From the IMG/VR virus record IMGVR_UViG_2585427766_000008, positions 1 through 16,666 of that record: 16,666 nucleotides of DNA. One strand, written 5' to 3'. This document shows positions 7,604 through 15,867 of this stretch, piece after piece. Each line of letters starts with the position of its first letter. Within the stretch, counting starts at the first letter, position 1. Source of the stretch: a virus (lineage: Duplodnaviria > Heunggongvirae > Uroviricota > Caudoviricetes). The position numbers and the translations under genes were made by a program. The notes below the pieces were generated by a model that was not told the origin of the DNA, searched no databases, and saw only the letters and a program-made list of their open reading frames with translations.

Positions 7604-8062
7604 TCAGCGACGGGCCGCTGATTCAAGATGGCGGACAATGGTATCGAGGATGGGGATTACCACTTCAGGCTGTAGTTCTCCATCCCCCGTCACCGGCAGG
7701 AACGGGCGGGCCGGAAGTTCAACAGACTCATTACGCCCCGTTTTACCCCCGAACTGGTGAATGGCACCGTAAACAACGTTGGTCCCCACAACAGCCTGCC
7801 GGTCGTCATGGTCGGTTGATACTGACCCCATCAGACGCCCGGTATCCTGCAGTGTCTGCCCGTCACGCTCTTCCGCTGCCAGCGAGGGCATCCACCCCGG
7901 ACGCCCCTCATCAAGAAAGTTAAACTGTGTTTCCGCCAGCAGGGTTCCGGCAATTTTGCGCATCGCGGGCTCCAGGTCTGTGGCAGCAAGATCCAGCGCA
8001 CGGAGGCTCCGGCGCAGGGATTTATCGTTAATGGTGATACTGACCAGGTTATCGGAAGCCAT
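7604..8062 (-). CDS. Virion morphogenesis protein (Mu gpG-like)
   Basis: 152-aa ORF starting 3 nt after the F gene stop; it contains an FNFLDEGRPGW-type segment and has the size and position of Mu G. Confidence 0.7.
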   Translation of the reverse strand: MASDNLVSITINDKSLRRSLRALDLAATDLEPAMRKIAGTLLAETQFNFLDEGRPGWMPSLAAEERDGQTLQDTGRLMGSVSTDHDDRQAVVGTNVVYGAIHQFGGKTGRNESVELPARPFLPVTGDGELQPEVVIPILDTIVRHLESAARR

Positions 8063-8064
8063 TG

Positions 8065-8886
8065 TTATCCTCTCAGTTCCTGTTGTGCCAGTGGCTGAAG
8101 CGTACCCTGATAGCGGGCCAGGTCGGGACGGTATGCTGCCCCCGGTGCATAAGACCAGCCGACGTCGGTGGTCACCTTCGTGGTGCCGGTATTAAAGGTG
8201 GCCACGTTCCGCATTTCGCCGGTTTTCTCTGAGACCAGTTTCAGTTCCTGGCCCATGGCAGAGCCGGAGCTGATAACCTTCAGGCCACGGGCACGTACAT
8301 CCGCCGCACTCAGGGCAATCACACTACAGCGGCAGCGCCAGCCGTTCGGCGGGTAAAATGCCTGCCAGAACGGGTCATCCCAGCGCAGCACCAGACCATG
8401 CAGCGCCAGATGGCTCCTGCGGGTATGGCTGTCGTTGATGCCGGTATACATCCAGTACGGCCTGTCGTCGACGTTTTCCATCTGTTCCGCCCAACGACCG
8501 GCGCTGTAGAGTACGGACATATTGGTGCGAAAGATGGTATCGAGCCGCCACGGACTGCCCTGCTGAATGGTGACTGGCTCACCCGTTACCGGGTCAGTCG
8601 TGTCACGTGGTCCCCACCATCCCTTACGCTTCAGCACCGGCTCCAGCTCCTGCCGGAACCAGCGATCGGTTTTTCCTTCATCGACAGCCTGCTGCAGTGC
8701 CCCGCGAATATCTTCCAGGATATCCAGGCGGGTCACTTTAGCAACGGTAAAGGCGCGGGCATGGGCCTCCTGCCACATTTCTTCCCAGTCCCAGGTAATC
8801 TGATACCCTTTGGACTTCAGGTAGTTGATTGCCCGCTTCGGGGGAAGCGTCATGCAGTACGCCAGTTCAGCCGTTGTCACGCTCAT
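8065..8886 (-). CDS. Head morphogenesis protein (Mu F-like)
   Basis: 273-aa ORF after the portal gene (20-nt overlap) carrying the HTRRSHLALHG...PPNGWRCRC motif characteristic of the Mu F / SPP1 gp7 family. Confidence 0.85.
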   Translation of the reverse strand: MSVTTAELAYCMTLPPKRAINYLKSKGYQITWDWEEMWQEAHARAFTVAKVTRLDILEDIRGALQQAVDEGKTDRWFRQELEPVLKRKGWWGPRDTTDPVTGEPVTIQQGSPWRLDTIFRTNMSVLYSAGRWAEQMENVDDRPYWMYTGINDSHTRRSHLALHGLVLRWDDPFWQAFYPPNGWRCRCSVIALSAADVRARGLKVISSGSAMGQELKLVSEKTGEMRNVATFNTGTTKVTTDVGWSYAPGAAYRPDLARYQGTLQPLAQQELRG

Positions 8887-10363
8887 GCAGACGCCCCCAG
8901 ATATTTGTCACAAAGAGAATGCGGGCCAGCCGCTCCTGCAGATCGTCCGTGTTCATCTGAGGGTAGAGCTCCGCCAGTTCGCCCAGCAGCTCAGACGGGT
9001 TAACCCCATTTTCGACCCGCCTGAACAGAGGTGCCAGGACGGGTTCCAGCGTGCCATTTAACGCGCCTCCGTTCATCAGAATGTCCAGCGCGTCGTCAAG
9101 CTGCTGCTGAGCCTGAATATCAGCATCAATCGCCTCGGCAAATGACAGCGGCAGCATGTTATTCTGTCGTTCCGACGGTGGTGTCTCGTCAATATCGCCG
9201 TCCTGCAGTTGGTACTCACGCTTGAAGTACTGCGGGGTCAGACGCAGACCCGCCCGGGTGAGTTTTTCGTCGCGGGTGGCACGGGTGTCATCAATGGCCT
9301 CCTGTTCCCACATGGCCCAGACCGGACACGGCACATCGCCGAAGTTCAGGGTGACCACCGTTCTGATGACCTGATTCACTGCCGCCTGAATGATGTCCGC
9401 ATCCGCATCGCGGATATCAGCCGTTACCTCCAGCCCGGCCTGTGCAGAGGCCTTGTTACTGTTCGCTTCCGTGGTCTGATTCTGACCGAGTAATGCAATG
9501 GAGATCTCACTGCGTGACAGTGTGATCAGCTCGCGGAATACCTCGCTGCTGTCCGCCTTACCATCCGCGGCTTTGAGTTCGATGCTGCTGTCATCGGGGA
9601 TGGCGGCCACCGCGTCCTCCACCATCTGCTCCATGGAGTCCAGCAGTTTTTCAATCTCTGCATCATTTGCACCCCTCGGGTGCTTACCGATCACCCACGG
9701 GGAGCCAAACTTTTCGGCAAAGCGGAGCCAGAATTTCATCCCGCCTTTCTTGAAGGCGACCGGCCAGAAGCACATGGACAGGTCCGGGAAACCGTAAGGA
9801 TTGTCATACGAGGCATCCTGTGCCGGCACCACGAATTTTGACGGTGACAGCAGCTCACCCTCCACACCCGCATCACGCGCCCGGAAGCGCAGGCAGTTGT
9901 CCGTATCAAACTGAAACCACTCAGGCGGTTTGCCGACAATATCCGTCACCGCCCACGACCTGACCGAACGGCCCCACATGATTTCACAGGGCTGATACCC
10001 GTAGAGCACGGCATCGCTCATTTCACCGATGATGCGGGACAGATCCAGATCGTCGAGCATGTCGCGGATGAAACGGAAGACCCGGGCAGAGGCGTGACCA
10101 CGCTCCAGTCCACGCTCCAGCGATTTAAGCGCTGCTTTACGTCTGCGGATACAGCCCCCGACCAGCGGGTCGGTGCGCAGTTCGCGGTAGATACGGATAT
10201 CCCGTCCCTGAGCCTTGAGAATGGGATCAGGATTGGGCAGATACATGCCCAGTCCGTAAAAGTCGATCGCGCGGCTGCGGGAGGCAATCTGCGCGGTCAG
10301 TGATTTCTGAGGCTCAGAAAAAGCAACAAATTCATCGGGTGAAACCCAGATACCCCTCGCCAT
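8867..10363 (-). CDS. Portal protein (Mu gp29-like, DUF935-type)
   Basis: 498-aa ORF directly after the large terminase (TGATG overlap at 10361-10365); size and gene order fit. Confidence 0.8.
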   Translation of the reverse strand: MARGIWVSPDEFVAFSEPQKSLTAQIASRSRAIDFYGLGMYLPNPDPILKAQGRDIRIYRELRTDPLVGGCIRRRKAALKSLERGLERGHASARVFRFIRDMLDDLDLSRIIGEMSDAVLYGYQPCEIMWGRSVRSWAVTDIVGKPPEWFQFDTDNCLRFRARDAGVEGELLSPSKFVVPAQDASYDNPYGFPDLSMCFWPVAFKKGGMKFWLRFAEKFGSPWVIGKHPRGANDAEIEKLLDSMEQMVEDAVAAIPDDSSIELKAADGKADSSEVFRELITLSRSEISIALLGQNQTTEANSNKASAQAGLEVTADIRDADADIIQAAVNQVIRTVVTLNFGDVPCPVWAMWEQEAIDDTRATRDEKLTRAGLRLTPQYFKREYQLQDGDIDETPPSERQNNMLPLSFAEAIDADIQAQQQLDDALDILMNGGALNGTLEPVLAPLFRRVENGVNPSELLGELAELYPQMNTDDLQERLARILFVTNIWGRLHERDNG

Positions 10364-11958
10364 CAGAATCCCTCCAGCATACGGGCCGCCTGACGACGAC
10401 GGCGTGAGCTTGCCTTCACCGGCCCTTTGTTAATTTCACGGCTGGCGAAATACGCCAGCGCCAGTGCGATGGCTGAATCCCCGTGGCGTTTACCACCGTC
10501 AGCCTTTGCTTTTGAGCGTTGCTCCGGTACGCGGGGGACACCGTTCACCACCTGAACGGCCCGCAGGTCATCCAGTGTGTCTTCATCCTTTGGTAAGTCC
10601 ACCAGGTTACCGTCTTCCAGTGCAGCTTTGACCGGAGGCATATGCTCCCGGTACCAGCCTTCGGTTGGCATCACCTGCTGAACCCGGCTGGAGCCGTAGC
10701 GCTGCATGGCGTATTCAGCCAGATAGGCACCATTACCACGGGCATCAAACGCTGCACCCAGCAGACCGGGCAGGCCATCCATCAGATACCAGGTGATTTG
10801 CTCCTGCTGTCTGAACGGCACGTTACGCAGCTCCAGTACGAATGGCACGCGTCGTACCAGGTTCTTCTCCTGCAGCAGGGGATAGTCCACCGACAAATCA
10901 CCGCTACGGCCAAAGTCGCGCCCCAGGAAAGAGCGGGCATCAGTGGGGAGTGCCTCCAGCAAGGGTTTCAGATACTCATCAAGCCAGTCCTGCGTCTCGC
11001 GGAAGCGAACCTCATCAGACAGCAGTTCATAACCTTCCTTGCAGGTCAGACGCAATACCGGCGTATCAGCGGACATGCGGGACTCTATCAGGGCACGGGA
11101 CAGCCAGGCACCGCCACCGTTGGCCGGAATACAGTCAAGCTCTTCGGATGCGCCGGCACCGTAGAATTTGTACACCGATGCCATCCAGGCCTGCTCGGAT
11201 GCCTCCGACCATTCCTTCCCGGTGCGCAGACAGACGCGCCGGAACAGCCCCTCAGATACGGCTTCCCGGAAAGTGATGCGATGTATGCTGCCTCCCTGAC
11301 GTCCGGCACGGATATCCCCGATAAGCGTATTGAACGGATTGTCGTCACCGTTATGGGTGGAGATAACGCGTACCTTTCCCCCCCAGATAAGCATCGCCAG
11401 CGCCGCTTTCAGCAGTTCGTCCAGTTGCTCATGGAACGCCGCTTCGTCGATAACAATAATACCCTGACGGCCACGCAGGTTAGACGGGCGGCTGGAGAGC
11501 GCAACAATACGAAAGCCGGAGTCAGGAAATTTGATGGTGTAAGTCCTGATGTGTTTGTCGTCGTCGTCCTCTTCCCAGAATCCTTCTTCAATTTCACTGG
11601 CCGCATAGTTGAATGCCCGTGCCCACATCGCACACGCCTGAATGTATTCGACGGTCATGTCCTGGTTATAAGCGATGTAATACACATTCATCCCGCCTGC
11701 TGGCGCAGAAGAGGCGGCGGTCAGTACGTTATCGGATGCCTCAGCCCATGTAATACCGGTACGACGGCTCTTTTCTATCACCTTAAGCGGAGAGGTGTCT
11801 GCCACCCAGCGCTGCTGGTAAGGCAACAGAACGGGAGGGGCATCCAGCGCCGAGGTATCAGGCAAAACGGGAGCAAGGTTATTCCTCCCGTCCATGGGAC
11901 TCATCCCTTCGGGGCCGCCGCCAGCGGCGTTTAAAATCACTCCGGATGATTTTGTCAT
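10363..11958 (-). CDS. Terminase large subunit (Mu gp28-like)
   Basis: 531-aa ORF with a Walker B-like GIIVIDEAAF segment. Its start overlaps the upstream gp27-like gene (ATGA at 11955-11958). Confidence 0.85.
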   Translation of the reverse strand: MTKSSGVILNAAGGGPEGMSPMDGRNNLAPVLPDTSALDAPPVLLPYQQRWVADTSPLKVIEKSRRTGITWAEASDNVLTAASSAPAGGMNVYYIAYNQDMTVEYIQACAMWARAFNYAASEIEEGFWEEDDDDKHIRTYTIKFPDSGFRIVALSSRPSNLRGRQGIIVIDEAAFHEQLDELLKAALAMLIWGGKVRVISTHNGDDNPFNTLIGDIRAGRQGGSIHRITFREAVSEGLFRRVCLRTGKEWSEASEQAWMASVYKFYGAGASEELDCIPANGGGAWLSRALIESRMSADTPVLRLTCKEGYELLSDEVRFRETQDWLDEYLKPLLEALPTDARSFLGRDFGRSGDLSVDYPLLQEKNLVRRVPFVLELRNVPFRQQEQITWYLMDGLPGLLGAAFDARGNGAYLAEYAMQRYGSSRVQQVMPTEGWYREHMPPVKAALEDGNLVDLPKDEDTLDDLRAVQVVNGVPRVPEQRSKAKADGGKRHGDSAIALALAYFASREINKGPVKASSRRRRQAARMLEGF

Positions 11959-12500
11959 GTGGCAATCCCCAGAATCTCGCGACGAAGCGCCTGTACTGCG
12001 TCGCTTGACAGTCCCCCCTTACGGGCAATTTTCTCGGCGTTGCTGGCTGCCTGCTGCGCTCTGGCCCGTACTTCAGACTGGAACTTTTTGAGGTTGACGG
12101 ACGCGCGGGACAGCGTAGCCACATTCTTCGCCACCTTCGACAGCAGGGCCACGCGTTCTTTAGGATCGACTTCACCTTCTTCCGCCTCCTGCAACTGGAC
12201 AATACTCTCGAACAGCTCGGTCTGAATAAGGGCTATCACAGCCTCCGAACGCGCATCCTGATCGTCTGCTGCGCCTTCGGTCAGCATGCGGGCCGCTTCT
12301 GTTGCCGCACGGATAGCACCATAGCGGCGCTCAATCTTCTGTCCATAGCGATGGATAGCGGATTTGCTGATGACGTACCCCCGCTCACGCAGCAGGGACT
12401 CCAGCTCGTTATACCCGCTGAAGCCGGATTCAGTCAGCGCCCGTTCAAGCCAGCGGCGCACGTCTTCCGGCAGCTTTTCTATTGTGCTGCGTCTGGCCAT
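11955..12500 (-). CDS. Mu gp27-like protein (DUF3486-type; putative small terminase / DNA-binding subunit)
   Basis: 181-aa ORF immediately upstream of the large terminase, with a basic N-terminus and a coiled-coil C-terminal half. Confidence 0.6.
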   Translation of the reverse strand: MARRSTIEKLPEDVRRWLERALTESGFSGYNELESLLRERGYVISKSAIHRYGQKIERRYGAIRAATEAARMLTEGAADDQDARSEAVIALIQTELFESIVQLQEAEEGEVDPKERVALLSKVAKNVATLSRASVNLKKFQSEVRARAQQAASNAEKIARKGGLSSDAVQALRREILGIAT

Positions 12501-12811
12501 TATTCACTCCAGTACTTTTCCGGGCGGGCAATACCCGGACCACATTCCACGGTGTATTCCACCAGGTCTACGCCGAGGCGGGTCAGGTCAGCAAACCAGT
12601 CGCCAGAAGGTTTTTTCTCCAGCTCAACCATTTTACGGTCAGCCAGATAATCCAGTTCGCGGCGCAGTTCCAGCGGTGTGGTGTCCGGGTAGATGGCGCG
12701 GGACACGTCCAGCAGCAACGTTTCACTGGCGGTGTAAGGGCGGGTTTTGTTCAGGGCAACCAGCAAACTCCAGCGCAGGGATTCGCGGCGTACCCGGGTA
12801 ATATCGACCAT
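12500..12811 (-). CDS. Hypothetical protein (Mu gp26 position)
   Basis: 103-aa ORF whose ends abut both neighbours; no recognisable motif. Confidence 0.4.
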   Translation of the reverse strand: MVDITRVRRESLRWSLLVALNKTRPYTASETLLLDVSRAIYPDTTPLELRRELDYLADRKMVELEKKPSGDWFADLTRLGVDLVEYTVECGPGIARPEKYWSE

Positions 12812-13137
12812 TATTGACCTCCGGTATTGCGGTACTGCTGTACCACTTCCAGTTTGTTATAAAGCGCGTCCAGTTTGGCCTCGATGACTGTCTGGCCACG
12901 GATATAATCCTCGCGACGGACATAATTCAGCGGTAAATCCGCTTTAAATCGCATAAATTCTTTTTCCAGCTCGCCCCAGTTGGAGGCGGACTGTTGCAGG
13001 GCCTGTTCAAGGGAGGCGAATCGTGCCGCCTGGCGTTCTTCTGTTTTACTGAACAACCATTTGGCGAGCCCTCCCACAAACCCCATGAAGGTGAGCAGAA
13101 AACTCACCACCGTCCAGAATTCAACCTGCAGTGTCAT
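12811..13137 (-). CDS. Small membrane protein with N-terminal TM helix and coiled-coil region (Mu gp25-like)
   Basis: 108-aa ORF with the hydrophobic N-terminal segment WTVVSFLLTFMGFVGGLAKWLF followed by charged coiled-coil-like sequence; it lies between the spanin pair and the packaging genes. Confidence 0.45.
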   Translation of the reverse strand: MTLQVEFWTVVSFLLTFMGFVGGLAKWLFSKTEERQAARFASLEQALQQSASNWGELEKEFMRFKADLPLNYVRREDYIRGQTVIEAKLDALYNKLEVVQQYRNTGGQ

Positions 13138-13784
13138 TTCTGTAATCCTTCCCGTTCATCCAGTAACGCGTTTATCTGGTTCCGCCAGCGACGACATTGT
13201 CCTGCGTTGTCGATGATGTTGGCGAGAACGTCACGCTGGGAGACACCCGAATCGCGTAACCGGGTGTCAGTGGTTTCAGGTTGCCCGGTCGCTGTGCCAG
13301 AGCGGGTGCCAGCGGCGGCAACTGAGTCTGAATGACCGGTGTCGACGGATGCGTTGTCATATCCGAGTGCGGCGTTGTACTGGCGCACGAAACCGCGAGT
13401 AAACACGCACTCAATGGGATGGCTCTTACCTTTTTCATCAATCCAGCGCTGTGTGACATCGTTAATTTGCCCCTGTAGTTGTTTGTTCCGGCTCTCCAGT
13501 TGAGCAATCTGCTCAAGATAACCGGCTTCAGCCCGCTGCCCGGCGGCCACCTGCTCCTGATACCGTCTGGCCCAGGCCCGCAGCGCAGCATTCTCAAGCG
13601 TTGCCTGCTCCGTTTTGTACGCGTCAAATGCTGACTGCAACTGACTGAGCGCGGTATCACCGTCACGCTTTGCAGAGTCATGACCACTTCTGTATCCCAT
13701 GGCATACAGGCCGACCAGAAAGGCATTGATAAGAATGGCCAGCAGAATGCCGCGCCACGGCAGCTTTTTAACCAGATGCCGCAC
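13134..13784 (-). CDS. i-spanin (Rz-like inner-membrane spanin component)
   Basis: N-terminal TM segment (ILLAILINAFLVGLYAMGY) followed by a long periplasmic coiled-coil region (Q/A/L/E-rich). The track ORF starts at 13886 and would overlap the endolysin by 119 nt; a GTG at 13782-13784 preceded by GGGGAGG is the more likely start. The start position was worked out by codon arithmetic from the track translation. Confidence 0.6.
   Translation of the reverse strand: MRHLVKKLPWRGILLAILINAFLVGLYAMGYRSGHDSAKRDGDTALSQLQSAFDAYKTEQATLENAALRAWARRYQEQVAAGQRAEAGYLEQIAQLESRNKQLQGQINDVTQRWIDEKGKSHPIECVFTRGFVRQYNAALGYDNASVDTGHSDSVAAAGTRSGTATGQPETTDTRLRDSGVSQRDVLANIIDNAGQCRRWRNQINALLDEREGLQK
13172..13438 (-). 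CDS. o-spanin (Rz1-like outer-membrane lipoprotein) embedded in the +1 frame of the i-spanin gene
   Basis: Internal ATG at residue 122 of the 13172-13801 track ORF gives an 88-aa product, MKKVRAIPLSACLLAVSC..., with a lipoprotein signal, a lipobox-like LAVSC and a Pro-rich mature region (PVIQTQLPPLAPALAQRPGNLKPLTPG). It lies entirely inside the i-spanin ORF. Confidence 0.65.
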   Translation of the reverse strand: MKKVRAIPLSACLLAVSCASTTPHSDMTTHPSTPVIQTQLPPLAPALAQRPGNLKPLTPGYAIRVSPSVTFSPTSSTTQDNVVAGGTR

Positions 13785-14502
13785 AACTGCTGCCTCCCCA
13801 TGTGAGATATCGCGGTGCCAGTTCGCGCAGGATGCGCTGCGGATAATGGCGGTTCTCCCGCCAGCTGGCCGCATTGCGTCCGGCATTCACCGTGGCGACA
13901 TGTCCGAACCAGCGGGTGCTGTCCAGACCTTTCTGTGATGCAAGCCGCCTGTCCCGTTGTACCCAGCCCAGACCACCGTTATAGCCCGACAGTGTCATGG
14001 CCATACGCTCGCAGTCACTGGCGGCGCTGACACGCTGCCACAGCCAGCGGTCATAGCTGACCAGCGCCCGGATAGCCCATGCCGGATTAAACGGCTCACG
14101 ACTGCTCAGCATCGGTATCAACTGGCTTATCCAGTCGGCAGTGGCAGGCATGAACTGCGCCAGTCCCTGAGCGCCAGCCGGCGAGATCGCATCAGGTCGC
14201 CAGCCGCTTTCCTGATGCAGTTGCGCGGCGAAATCGGCCACCGGCGCAGACAGTCCCCATTCAAGCCGGGCATTACGGATCACATCATCGCGATACTGCA
14301 GCGCAGCCTGCGGGGGCTGCGCTGCGCATGCCTGGCTGAAAAAGCCGCCACACCAGAGCAGCCAGACAATCACCAGGTTGCCAGCAAGCTGCCACCAGAA
14401 GCTGTATTTATCGTTACGTGGTTCTCCGTGTCTGATGGCGGTTACGCCCAGACCAAAGGCGAACAGAATAATGAGGGTGATTTGAGGCCAGTTCATGGTC
14501 AC
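13768..14502 (-). CDS. Endolysin, lytic transglycosylase type (SLT domain) with N-terminal membrane-anchor / SAR-like region
   Basis: 244-aa ORF containing the SLT catalytic-region motif (LHQESGWRPDAISPAGAQGLAQFMPATA). Two hydrophobic segments in the first ~60 residues. Overlaps the upstream membrane-protein gene by 4 nt. Confidence 0.8.
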   Translation of the reverse strand: MTMNWPQITLIILFAFGLGVTAIRHGEPRNDKYSFWWQLAGNLVIVWLLWCGGFFSQACAAQPPQAALQYRDDVIRNARLEWGLSAPVADFAAQLHQESGWRPDAISPAGAQGLAQFMPATADWISQLIPMLSSREPFNPAWAIRALVSYDRWLWQRVSAASDCERMAMTLSGYNGGLGWVQRDRRLASQKGLDSTRWFGHVATVNAGRNAASWRENRHYPQRILRELAPRYLTWGGSSCAASG

Positions 14503-14849
14503 AGTCCTGTTGCCACAGCCAGGCAGACCGCTGCAACAATCAGTGCACGGCGGATTAACGCAGCAGAAAACACCAGGTGAAGGCCGGTCTGTACCGGGAA
14601 ACGCCCTTCAGCCATCAGCCTGTCGTCATGTTTCAGGTACTGACCGGGACGGGCTTTGGGGAAGAGCGAACGGTCAAGCCAGTAACCCAGCACTGCTGCC
14701 AGCGTGATAAGTGCCAGCTTGTAGATCACAACAGGCAACTGCTGTGGCGAGACCAGAGCGATGATGCCCAGCAACAGCACTGAGGTCAGCAGCCAGCCGC
14801 TGAGGCGAGGTTTTTTAACAGGGGGAATGAATTTTTTCAGGTTTTTCAT
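14499..14849 (-). CDS. Putative holin / small membrane protein with three predicted TM helices
   Basis: The ATG at 14847-14849 is preceded by GAGGAG with a 6-nt spacer; the track's longer ORF starts at a GTG at 14882 with no RBS. The 116-aa product has three hydrophobic segments and sits first in the lysis cassette. Holin assignment is positional. Confidence 0.45.
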   Translation of the reverse strand: MKNLKKFIPPVKKPRLSGWLLTSVLLLGIIALVSPQQLPVVIYKLALITLAAVLGYWLDRSLFPKARPGQYLKHDDRLMAEGRFPVQTGLHLVFSAALIRRALIVAAVCLAVATGL

Positions 14850-14963
14850 GTGTGTCTCCTCGTTTGGTGGAGACAGCATCACAAATGTGGCGGGATACGG
14901 ATTTTAAACAGCGTTAATAGTGAAGATGTAAACGTGCACTGCATGATGACTTTGAAAGAACGA

Positions 14964-14991
14964 CCAGCCCGGTACCCGAACACCGGGCTGG
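14964..14991 (-). terminator. Inverted repeat hairpin (10-bp stem, 8-nt loop) in the lysis / methyltransferase intergenic region; candidate minus-strand terminator or regulator site
   Basis: CCAGCCCGGT (14964-14973) pairs perfectly with ACCGGGCTGG (14982-14991). On the minus strand it is followed by UCGUUCUUUCAAAG. Confidence 0.35.
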
Positions 14992-15037
14992 CCATCGCCC
15001 CACAGGAATGCGCTGTGAGCCGACCGAGGTTCAGTCA

Positions 15038-15096
15038 GTCTCGCGAGACCAGACTAGCCTGCCATATTTTTTATAATTGTAAAAGGCTTACAGATT
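15038..15096 (+). promoter_or_regulatory. Candidate promoter of the methyltransferase gene with an operator-like palindrome
   Basis: Perfect -10 hexamer TATAAT at 15072-15077, about 20 nt upstream of the ATG at 15097; AAAGG RBS-like element 10 nt before the start. A perfect 12-bp palindrome GTCTCGCGAGAC (15038-15049) sits where a -35 would be; no good -35 hexamer. Confidence 0.4.
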
Positions 15097-15867
15097 ATGA
15101 AAATGCAGACATTACCCATCGTTCCATGGATTGGTGGCAAACGCCGCCTTGCAAAACACATCCTGCCGCTGTTTCCGGCGCATGAATGTTATGTGGAGCC
15201 GTTTTGTGGGGCAGCAGCGCTCTATTTTCTTAAGGTACCCGGCAAGATCGAAGTCATTAATGATATCAACGGTGAACTGGTGAACCTGTATCGGGTGGTA
15301 AAACATCATCTGGAAGAATTTGTACGCCAGTTCAAATGGGCGCTGGTCAGCCGGCAGATCTACAAATGGCTGCAGATCACCCCGGAAGAAACACTGACGG
15401 ATATCCAGCGTGCAGCACGGTTCTACTACCTTCAGAAGCAGGCGTTTGGAGGCAAGGTGGCGGAGCACAGCTTTGGTACCTCCACCATATCCCCGCCACG
15501 CTTCAACCTGCTGCGTATTGAAGAAGAACTGTCAGCGGCACACCTGCGGCTTTCCAGAACGGTCATAGAACACATGGACTGGCAACAGTGCATAGAACGA
15601 TATGATCGCCCGCATACGTTGTTCTACTGTGACCCTCCATACTGGGGAACGGAAGGTTATGGTGTGGAGTTCGGACTAGAAAATTATGATCATATGGCAG
15701 ATTTAGCACGCAGGATCAAAGGGAAGATGATTATATCGGTGAACGATATCCCGGAAATGCGGCAGGCATTCAACGGTCTAAATATTCAGTCGGTTGATAT
15801 CAGCTACAACCTCAAGATCACTGGCAAATCCAGTCGCAAGAAGGAACTCATTATCCTCAACTTTTGA
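15097..15867 (+). CDS. DNA N6-adenine methyltransferase, D12 class (Dam-like), orphan
   Basis: 256-aa ORF with the N-terminal AdoMet-binding motif (PWIGGKRRLAKHILPLFP...YVEPFCGAAALYF) and the catalytic DPPY motif (FYCDPPYWGTEGYG). No restriction-endonuclease partner is visible in the window. Confidence 0.85.
   Translation: MKMQTLPIVPWIGGKRRLAKHILPLFPAHECYVEPFCGAAALYFLKVPGKIEVINDINGELVNLYRVVKHHLEEFVRQFKWALVSRQIYKWLQITPEETLTDIQRAARFYYLQKQAFGGKVAEHSFGTSTISPPRFNLLRIEEELSAAHLRLSRTVIEHMDWQQCIERYDRPHTLFYCDPPYWGTEGYGVEFGLENYDHMADLARRIKGKMIISVNDIPEMRQAFNGLNIQSVDISYNLKITGKSSRKKELIILNF

Larger units (their letters stand above)
186..14882 (-). mobile_element. Mu-like prophage late-gene module (lysis, packaging, head, tail), partial and IS-bounded
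   Basis: Continuous minus-strand gene chain in the order seen in Mu-type phages: membrane/lysis proteins, gp27-like, large terminase, portal, F, G, I (protease/scaffold), major head, small head-tail proteins, sheath, tube, chaperone, tape measure. No early genes or phage ends are visible. Confidence 0.8.

Noticed and set aside
10642-11934. 430-aa plus-strand ORF, and similar long plus-strand ORFs at 3002-3874, 5513-6247, 8398-9003, 13957-14580 and 1800-2375
   Set aside because: All lie antisense within well-supported minus-strand phage genes. Their translations are Arg/Pro/Gly-rich low-complexity sequence typical of alternative frames in GC-rich DNA, and none has a plausible RBS or its own intergenic space.
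11879-12202. 107-aa minus-strand ORF across the gp27 / large-terminase junction, and other nested same-strand ORFs (3445-3711, 5917-6129, 6444-6671, 8319-8582, 9736-9939, 10018-10287, 11088-11348, 11409-11633)
   Set aside because: These are out-of-frame ORFs embedded in larger genes with highly basic, low-complexity translations. There is no evidence they are expressed. The Rz1-like embedded ORF is the only nested frame with recognisable protein features.
13785-13886. N-terminal extension of the i-spanin ORF from the ATG at 13886
   Set aside because: It would overlap the endolysin gene by 119 nt and add a 34-residue leader before the TM helix. A GTG at 13782-13784 with a GGGGAGG RBS gives the usual short N-terminus followed by the TM segment. 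My by-eye reading of one homopolymer run near 13858-13862 did not match the ORF track, so I used the track.
14850-15185. 111-aa plus-strand ORF spanning the intergenic region into the methyltransferase gene
   Set aside because: It is out of frame with the methyltransferase and crosses promoter and hairpin elements; it looks like a chance ORF.
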